32,000 nucleotides of DNA from Lachnospiraceae bacterium (GTDB lineage Bacteria; Bacillota; Clostridia; Lachnospirales; Lachnospiraceae): positions 29,136 to 61,135 of the forward strand of contig JBMNQX010000003.1 of the NCBI GenBank assembly GCA_050944355.1, written 5' to 3'. The position numbers and the translations under genes were made by a program. Positions 26,684-32,000 of this stretch are shown piece by piece. The notes under the pieces were generated by a model. That model worked only from the letters and a program-made list of their open reading frames with translations. It did no database searches and was not told the DNA's origin. Every line of letters begins with the position of its first letter. The stretch's first letter is position 1.

Positions 26684-27403
26684 TCAGATGGTTTCCGTCA
26701 GCTCAAACTTATAGCCGACGCCCCATACGGTCTGAATGGACCAGTTGGGGCCGCCGGTTATTTTTTTCCGGATTTTCCGGATGTGAGTGTCAATCGTGCG
26801 GTAATCGCCGGCAAATTCGCGCCCCCAGACCTGATCGAGCAGCTGCTCGCGGCTGAACACCTGATTCGGGTGCGAGGCCAGAAAATAGAGGAGTTCAATT
26901 TCGCGCGGTGAAAGATCCACCGGCCTGCCTTGAAATGACACCTGATAATTCTCGAGATTGATGGCAAGGTCCGGGATATTCACGGTCTTTGCGGCCGCGC
27001 CCTCAGCCGTGTCTTCCGGTGTGTAGCCGGCAAGACGGCGCAGAATCACCGTAACTCTCGCCACCATCTCACGCGTGTCAAATGGTTTGGTGAGATAATC
27101 GTCGGCTCCCGCCGCAAAGGCCGCAAGCTTGTCCCTGATATCACTCCGGGTCGTGATCACGAGAATCGGCACCTGTGATTTCAGGCGGATCCGGCGGATC
27201 AGCTGTACGCCGTCTATGTCCGGCAGAGTGAGCTCCAGCGTGATCAGATCCGGCTCTGTGTCCTGAAGGCAGCGCATGACGTCCGCGCCGCTTTTCACGG
27301 CCTCGGCTGTAAAGCCTTCCCGTGTCAGGGAAGATAAAATCAGAGAAGACATGCCGCTGTCGCTCTCTGCGACCAGAATATGTGGAATTGTACTACTTTC
27401 CAA
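26684..27403 (-). CDS. OmpR/PhoB-family response regulator, atypical receiver (Glu at the phospho-acceptor position), orphan
   Basis: The receiver domain carries T (ILVITTRSD) and K (YLTKPF). The winged-helix output domain reads LSPREIELLYFLASHP...RTIDTHIRKIRKKI...TVWGVGYKF. The TTG start follows AAAGGAG. The canonical DL-x-x-x-D-x-x-LP block reads PDLITLELTLPDIDG. Confidence 0.9.
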   Translation of the reverse strand: MESSTIPHILVAESDSGMSSLILSSLTREGFTAEAVKSGADVMRCLQDTEPDLITLELTLPDIDGVQLIRRIRLKSQVPILVITTRSDIRDKLAAFAAGADDYLTKPFDTREMVARVTVILRRLAGYTPEDTAEGAAAKTVNIPDLAINLENYQVSFQGRPVDLSPREIELLYFLASHPNQVFSREQLLDQVWGREFAGDYRTIDTHIRKIRKKITGGPNWSIQTVWGVGYKFELTETI

Positions 27404-27504
27404 CGGATGCTCCTTTCAACAAACGTGTGAACGGCGCTTTGAGGCGCAGTGCCTGCGCGGCGCCTGAAGATATGGCGGTTTCTTTGAACGGCTGAAAGTC
27501 AGAA

Positions 27505-29907
27505 TCAGAGACTTACGATCGTCACGCCGGCGTCGCCTTCGCCCGGCTTTCCGATCCGGTAGCCGCGGATATATCCGAGCCCGTCGAGCCAGTTCCAGAT
27601 GCCGGCCCGGAGAGCTCCGGTTCCTTTTCCGTGTACGATGCGGACTTCGCGCAGCCCGGCCAGACTTGCGCTGTCCAGGTATTTCGAAAGCCTGCTGACG
27701 GCCTCGTCGACGGTCATGCCGATGACATTTATCTCAGACGGAACGTTCTGAGACGCCTCCATGCGCAGGGCGCCTGTGTGCACCGCGGATTCACGGTGCT
27801 TGCGCAGAAGCTCTTCGTAGCGGTCTTTCGGCTTCTTTTCCTGGACCTGCGGCGCTTTGTAATTCTCAACCATGGCCACTTCCTTCACCGGAACTGTCAT
27901 GGTCATCGAGCCGATCAGAACTTTCAGCCTTCCTTTCTTGTCCGGAGCCTGTGTGACATCGCCCTCAAGGCCGGAGGAGAGAACGCGCACATGGACACCC
28001 GGCTTGTAGTCCGACGCCGGATGTTTGCGGATCTGTTCGGCCGATTCTTCTGTCTCGGGCTTCTTGTACTTCTCGTTTTTCTTCAGTTTTTCGCGCAGGC
28101 CCTGGCGCGTCTTTTCCATCTCGCGCACATCGGCCCCGTGCCTGTTCAGCTCGCGGATCGACTCGTCCGCATAGGCCTTGGCGTCCGCCAGAATCTTCTC
28201 GGCGTTTTCGTTGGCCCGGCGCAGAATTTTGTCTTTCCGCCGCGCGATGGCCTCGCGCTGTTTTGTCAGCTCTTCCTGGAGTTTTTCGGCCTCGGCTTTG
28301 TAGCGGGCCGCTTCTTCGTGTTCTTTTTCGACCTGACTGCGCGTCTTTTCGAGATCCGACAGCAGGTCCTCGAAACGCACCTGGTCGTCGGAAAGCCGCC
28401 GCTTCGCGTCGTCGAGGATCTCGTCCGGAAGGCCGAGCTTTTTCGAGATGGCAAATGCGTTGCTCTTCCCGGGAATGCCGATCAGAAGACGGTATGTCGG
28501 CGCCAGAGTTTCGACGTCAAATTCACAGCAGGCGTTCGTGATGTCGGGCTCTGAGAGCGCATACGCCTTGAGCTCGCTGTAGTGAGTCGTCGCGATCGTC
28601 TCAATGCCTCTTTCGTGGAGTTTCGCGAGAATGGACATGGCGAGCGCCGCGCCCTCGGTCGGATCGGTTCCCGCACCGATCTCGTCGAAAAGAATCAGAC
28701 AGTGAGAGTCAGCAGCCCTGAGGATGCTGATCGTATTTGTCATGTGGGCGGAAAATGTACTCAGGTTCTGTTCGATGCTCTGCTCGTCGCCGATATCGGC
28801 GTAGATTTCCCGGTATACCGCGATCGTGGAGTGGTCGCCGGCCGGAATCAGCAGGCCGGACTGAGCCATCAGAGTCAGCAGGCCGACTGTCTTCAGCGTC
28901 ACCGTCTTGCCGCCGGTGTTCGGGCCGGTGATGACAAGCTGGTGGAAATCCGTTCCCATGCGGATGTCGATCGGGACGACGCGCTTCGGGTCGATCAGCG
29001 GATGCCTGCCTTTGCGGATGTCGAAAATTCCCTCGTCGTTCAGGGCCGGGGCACTCGCTTTCATGGAGCGCGCCAGAGCGCCCTTGGCAAATATGAGATC
29101 CAGCCGCGTCAGAATCGTGTAGTCCTCTTCGAGAATGTCCGTGTACTGCGCGCATTCCTCCGAGAGAGACTTCAGAATCACGGCGATTTCCTTTTCCTGT
29201 TCCATCGCGTTGGTCTTCAGGTCGTTGTCAAAGCGCACGACGGCCTCCGGTTCGATGAAAAGGGTGGAGCCGGACGCGGACTGGTCGTGGATCATGCCCG
29301 GAACCCTCGAGCGGTACTCTGCCTTGACGGGCAGACAGTAGCGGCCCTGGCGCGTCGTGATGACCGCGTCCTGCAGGCAGCCGCGCAGGGATCCCGTGAG
29401 CATGCGCGTGAGTTCACTGTGAATTTTTTCGTTGATGCGGTCCTGCTCGCGGCGCAGACTGCGCAGTTTCGGGCTGGCGCTGTCAGCCACCTCGTCCTCG
29501 GAGACGATGGCGCGCGTGATGCTGGTACGCAGCGGCTCCAGATCGTCGAGGACGCTCAGCAGTCCGTACAGAGAGTCGGTTTCTTCCTCATAATAGTTTC
29601 TGACGTGTCCGGCACATGCGAGCAGCTCCGCGATTTTAAGCAGCTCTCCGCAGCCGAGCGGCGCATCCGCCTTCAGGCGCCGGAGAGAGCCACGGATGTC
29701 CGTGACGCCCTCAAACGATACTTTCCCTTTGGCGAAAATGCGGCGGAGCGCATCGTCGGTTTCCTTCTGAAGAGCCCGGATCTGCCCGAGATCCGTCAGA
29801 GGCGTCAAGGCCCTGGCTGCGGCCTTGCCCGGCTCGGAATCGGCGAAAGACGCCAGCTTTTCTGTTATCTTTTCGTATTCGAGTGTATGCAGTACTTTTT
29901 TGTTCAT
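27505..29907 (-). CDS. mutS2: endonuclease MutS2 (MutS paralogue with Smr domain)
   Basis: 800 aa with Walker A GPNTGGKT, Walker B LILFDEIGAGTDP, a long Lys/Glu-rich coiled coil and a C-terminal Smr domain (IVHGKGTGALR). Confidence 0.95.
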   Translation of the reverse strand: MNKKVLHTLEYEKITEKLASFADSEPGKAAARALTPLTDLGQIRALQKETDDALRRIFAKGKVSFEGVTDIRGSLRRLKADAPLGCGELLKIAELLACAGHVRNYYEEETDSLYGLLSVLDDLEPLRTSITRAIVSEDEVADSASPKLRSLRREQDRINEKIHSELTRMLTGSLRGCLQDAVITTRQGRYCLPVKAEYRSRVPGMIHDQSASGSTLFIEPEAVVRFDNDLKTNAMEQEKEIAVILKSLSEECAQYTDILEEDYTILTRLDLIFAKGALARSMKASAPALNDEGIFDIRKGRHPLIDPKRVVPIDIRMGTDFHQLVITGPNTGGKTVTLKTVGLLTLMAQSGLLIPAGDHSTIAVYREIYADIGDEQSIEQNLSTFSAHMTNTISILRAADSHCLILFDEIGAGTDPTEGAALAMSILAKLHERGIETIATTHYSELKAYALSEPDITNACCEFDVETLAPTYRLLIGIPGKSNAFAISKKLGLPDEILDDAKRRLSDDQVRFEDLLSDLEKTRSQVEKEHEEAARYKAEAEKLQEELTKQREAIARRKDKILRRANENAEKILADAKAYADESIRELNRHGADVREMEKTRQGLREKLKKNEKYKKPETEESAEQIRKHPASDYKPGVHVRVLSSGLEGDVTQAPDKKGRLKVLIGSMTMTVPVKEVAMVENYKAPQVQEKKPKDRYEELLRKHRESAVHTGALRMEASQNVPSEINVIGMTVDEAVSRLSKYLDSASLAGLREVRIVHGKGTGALRAGIWNWLDGLGYIRGYRIGKPGEGDAGVTIVSL

Positions 29908-29961
29908 GTCCTAATAATTCCTGCCCGCACAGGGCAAATTCAAACCCGCGTAAACACTGTA

Positions 29962-29970
29962 ATCATAACA
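29962..29970 (-). promoter_or_regulatory. possible extended -10 promoter (TGtTATGAT) for mutS2
   Basis: The minus strand reads TGTTATGAT (29970-29962). A weak -35 CTGAAA lies 17 nt upstream. The element is about 55 nt upstream of the start codon at 29907. Confidence 0.3.
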
Positions 29971-30026
29971 AAAGAAACAAGAAATTTCAGCTGTTCACCG
30001 AGGAAAATGTAAAGATGCGGAGGGTA

Positions 30027-30035
30027 TGCTATAAT
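30027..30035 (+). promoter_or_regulatory. extended -10 promoter (TGcTATAAT) for yhaM
   Basis: TGCTATAAT lies at 30027-30035, 25 nt upstream of ATG 30060, and the RBS ACGGAGGA lies between them. The -35 is poor (ATGTAA). Confidence 0.45.
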
Positions 30036-30059
30036 CGGTAGACAGAAACGGAGGACAGA

Positions 30060-31046
30060 ATGGTTTACATCAGAGATTTTCAGGAAAACGACAGGATTAC
30101 CGGCACATATCTGGTGCGCACGAAAGCTACCTATCAGTCCAAGAAGGGCAAAGATTATTACAGTCTGACGCTTGCGGACAAAACCGGTACGGTCGATACA
30201 AAAATATGGGACACGGAATCGCCGGCCATCGACGATTTCGAGGCCAACGACTTTGTAAACGTCAGCGGAACGGTCACCGTCTACAACGGAAAACTTCAGT
30301 TCAAGGTCGAGCGGCTCGCGAAAGCCCAGCCGGGCAGCTACAATGCCGCTGACTTTGTCCCGGCGAGCCGCTATCCGATCAAAGATATGTACCAGGAGCT
30401 GCTGCAGTTCGGCGAAAGCGTCCACAATCCGTATATCCGGAAACTTCTGGATTCCTTCTTTGTGGACGACAAAGAATTTGTCAGGACTTTTGCGAAGGGA
30501 TCGGCGGCGCGCACGGTACATCACAGTTTTATGGGCGGGCTGCTCGAGCACACGCTGTCCGTCACGAAGATCTGCGATTTTCTCGCCATGCGCTACGATT
30601 TTCTCGACCGGGATGTGCTGATCGCGTCGGCCATGCTGCACGATGTCGGCAAGACCCGCGAGATGACGCCGTTTCCGCAGGTCGATTACTCCGACGAGGG
30701 CAATCTGCTCGGCCACATCATGATCGGTTTTGAGATGGTCCGCGAGCATATGCGCGCCATCGACGGATTCCCGAAAGATCTGCAGGACGAAATCGGCCAC
30801 TGTATTCTCTCGCATCACGGCCTGCTCGAATACGGCTCACCGGTTCTCCCGAAAACGGCCGAGGCGCTCGCGCTCTCAAAAGCCGACGATCTGGACGCCA
30901 AAATGGAGACGATCCGCGAGGCCCTGAACGTCCGCAGCAGCAGTGACTGGCTTGACGTGAACAGATGGCTCGGCGGCATCCGCGTGCGCCGCACGACCGA
31001 GGACGGCACGGCATATTACCAGGGCGAAGGCGAAGAGGATTCATGA
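30060..31046 (+). CDS. yhaM: 3'-5' exoribonuclease YhaM (OB-fold plus HD domain)
   Basis: It has an N-terminal OB fold (GTYLVRTKATYQSKKGKDYYSLTLADKTGTVDTKIW) and an HD domain (GGLLEHTL, AMLHDVGK, ILSHHG). Confidence 0.88.
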   Translation: MVYIRDFQENDRITGTYLVRTKATYQSKKGKDYYSLTLADKTGTVDTKIWDTESPAIDDFEANDFVNVSGTVTVYNGKLQFKVERLAKAQPGSYNAADFVPASRYPIKDMYQELLQFGESVHNPYIRKLLDSFFVDDKEFVRTFAKGSAARTVHHSFMGGLLEHTLSVTKICDFLAMRYDFLDRDVLIASAMLHDVGKTREMTPFPQVDYSDEGNLLGHIMIGFEMVREHMRAIDGFPKDLQDEIGHCILSHHGLLEYGSPVLPKTAEALALSKADDLDAKMETIREALNVRSSSDWLDVNRWLGGIRVRRTTEDGTAYYQGEGEEDS

Positions 31047-31049
31047 CAA

Positions 31050-32000
31050 ATGTCGGCAGGCAGACATAAGACAACAGATAAACCGCAGAACAGGAAAAGC
31101 AGCAGGCACGGCGGCCCGGAAGGCACTAAGCCCGGCAGCGGGCTCTCAAAGGGCGATGTCGTGACGCTCGACATCACGGCTCTTTCGAGCGACGGCGCCG
31201 GAATCGGCCGGTACGGGGGCCTCACGCTTTTTGTGAAGAGAACCGTCCCCGGCGACTGCGTCCGGGCGCAGATTCTGAACCTCAAAAAATCATACGGTTT
31301 CGCGAAGCTTGTTCAGGTGATCCGGGGCTCTGAGGCCCGCGTGCGCCCGGAGTGCGCGTGTGCGGACAAGTGCGGCGGCTGTCAGATCATGCAGATGACA
31401 TACAGCTCGCAGCTTGCCGCCAAAGAGACGAAAGTGCGCGACGCGCTCACCCGCATCGGCGGTCTCGACCTGACGGACGTGGACTTTTCGCCGATTCTTG
31501 GCATGGACGATCCGCACCGCTACCGCAACAAGGAACAGGTCCCGGTCGGAATCGACGCAGCAGGAAATCCTGTCTTCGGCTTCTATGCCGAGCACAGCCA
31601 CCGCATCGTCCCGATGCCGGGATATGACTGCTTACTCGGCAGCGCCGGCAACGCATATTTTATTAAAGCAATCCGCAGCTGGATTCTGAAGTACAAGATC
31701 CCGGTTTACAGCGAGCAGACGCACACCGGGCTGATCCGCCACGTCCTGATCCGCACGGCGCGTTCCGGCGAGACACTCGTGTGCCTCGTCGCGGCCTCCG
31801 AAAAGATTCCGCACATAGAAGCGCTTGTGAAAAGCCTTCAGGATATCGGCGCGTCGTCCGTGTGCCTCAATGTCCAGCCGGAGCCGAACAACGTTATTCT
31901 CGGCCGCCGCACGGTCACACTCGCCGGCAGCGGCTATATCACAGACACGATCGGAGACATCCGCTTCCGCGTGTCCCCGAACTCATTCTTTCAGGTAAAC
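31050..32000 (+). CDS. 23S rRNA (uracil-5-)-methyltransferase RlmD/RumA-like (TRAM plus Fe-S), 3' end outside the window
   Basis: This ORF is absent from the track because it runs off the window. ATG 31050 lies 3 nt after the yhaM stop. The frame reads MSAGRHKTTDKPQNRK...KGDVVTLDITALSSDGAGIGRYGGLTLFVKRTVPGDCVRAQI (TRAM domain). It then has a Cys cluster C-x5-C-x2-C (CACADKCGGC), then HRYRNKEQ, and ends with SFFQVN at the window edge. Confidence 0.85.
   Translation, partial: MSAGRHKTTDKPQNRKSSRHGGPEGTKPGSGLSKGDVVTLDITALSSDGAGIGRYGGLTLFVKRTVPGDCVRAQILNLKKSYGFAKLVQVIRGSEARVRPECACADKCGGCQIMQMTYSSQLAAKETKVRDALTRIGGLDLTDVDFSPILGMDDPHRYRNKEQVPVGIDAAGNPVFGFYAEHSHRIVPMPGYDCLLGSAGNAYFIKAIRSWILKYKIPVYSEQTHTGLIRHVLIRTARSGETLVCLVAASEKIPHIEALVKSLQDIGASSVCLNVQPEPNNVILGRRTVTLAGSGYITDTIGDIRFRVSPNSFFQVN

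Noticed and set aside
27442-27465. GC-rich alternative hairpins (GCGCAG-TGC-CTGCGC, or AGGCGC...GCGCCT) between mutS2 and the response regulator.
   Set aside because: The stems are short (6 bp) and lack a U-tract on the transcribed (minus) strand. I cannot distinguish a weak terminator or attenuator from chance GC-rich self-complementarity.
28582-30012. 476-aa + strand ORF overlapping mutS2 and its upstream region. The similar ORFs at 4141-5121(-), 8643-9524(-) and 29940-30818(-) are treated the same way.
   Set aside because: All are antisense to genes with clear family motifs (MutS2, IlvE, LacI, YhaM) and have biased Arg/Gly/Asp composition. They are GC-rich shadow ORFs.
1-32000. Scanned for tRNA or rRNA genes, CRISPR repeats, IS elements or transposases, integrases, long direct or inverted repeats, and known defence-system genes.
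   Set aside because: None was recognised. Intergenic regions are short, and every long ORF is accounted for by housekeeping or metabolic families or by the few unknowns listed in the findings.

Overview
This is a GC-rich, almost fully coding chromosomal segment with Firmicutes/Clostridia-type organisation: AGGAGG-like ribosome-binding sites (RBS), frequent GTG/TTG starts and many ATGA/TAAATG gene junctions. The backbone is the conserved neighbourhood pth-mfd ... hup-yabO(rqcP)-divIC-tilS-hpt-ftsH. About 11 kb of metabolic genes lie between mfd and hup: ilvE; an amino-acid ABC importer with a fused binding-domain/permease plus ATPase, followed by a D-2-hydroxyacid dehydrogenase; a LacI-regulated sucrose PTS/GH32 operon; a ThyX-fold protein; and a GltD-like flavoprotein on the minus strand. 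Downstream of ftsH runs a translationally coupled string: GH13 glycosidase, trmD, a PurM/AIR-synthase-like protein, an Lrp/AsnC regulator, a class I aminotransferase and a membrane-anchored acidic protein. After that come a minus-strand orphan OmpR-type response regulator and mutS2, then yhaM and the 5' part of an rlmD/rumA-like methyltransferase that the ORF track does not list. I recognised no rRNA, tRNA, CRISPR array, IS element or integrase, and I found no convincing multi-gene novel (for example defence) system. The best candidates for undescribed or unusual biology are: (1) the sucrose PTS gene, split at an A6 tract that forms an in-phase A_AAA_AAG heptamer; (2) a ThyX-fold protein that has lost the RHR motif; (3) an orphan response regulator with Glu at the phospho-acceptor position; and (4) a PurM-like protein of unknown role wedged between trmD and an alaR/alaT-like pair. 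All family calls come from motif recognition by eye, because no searches could be run.
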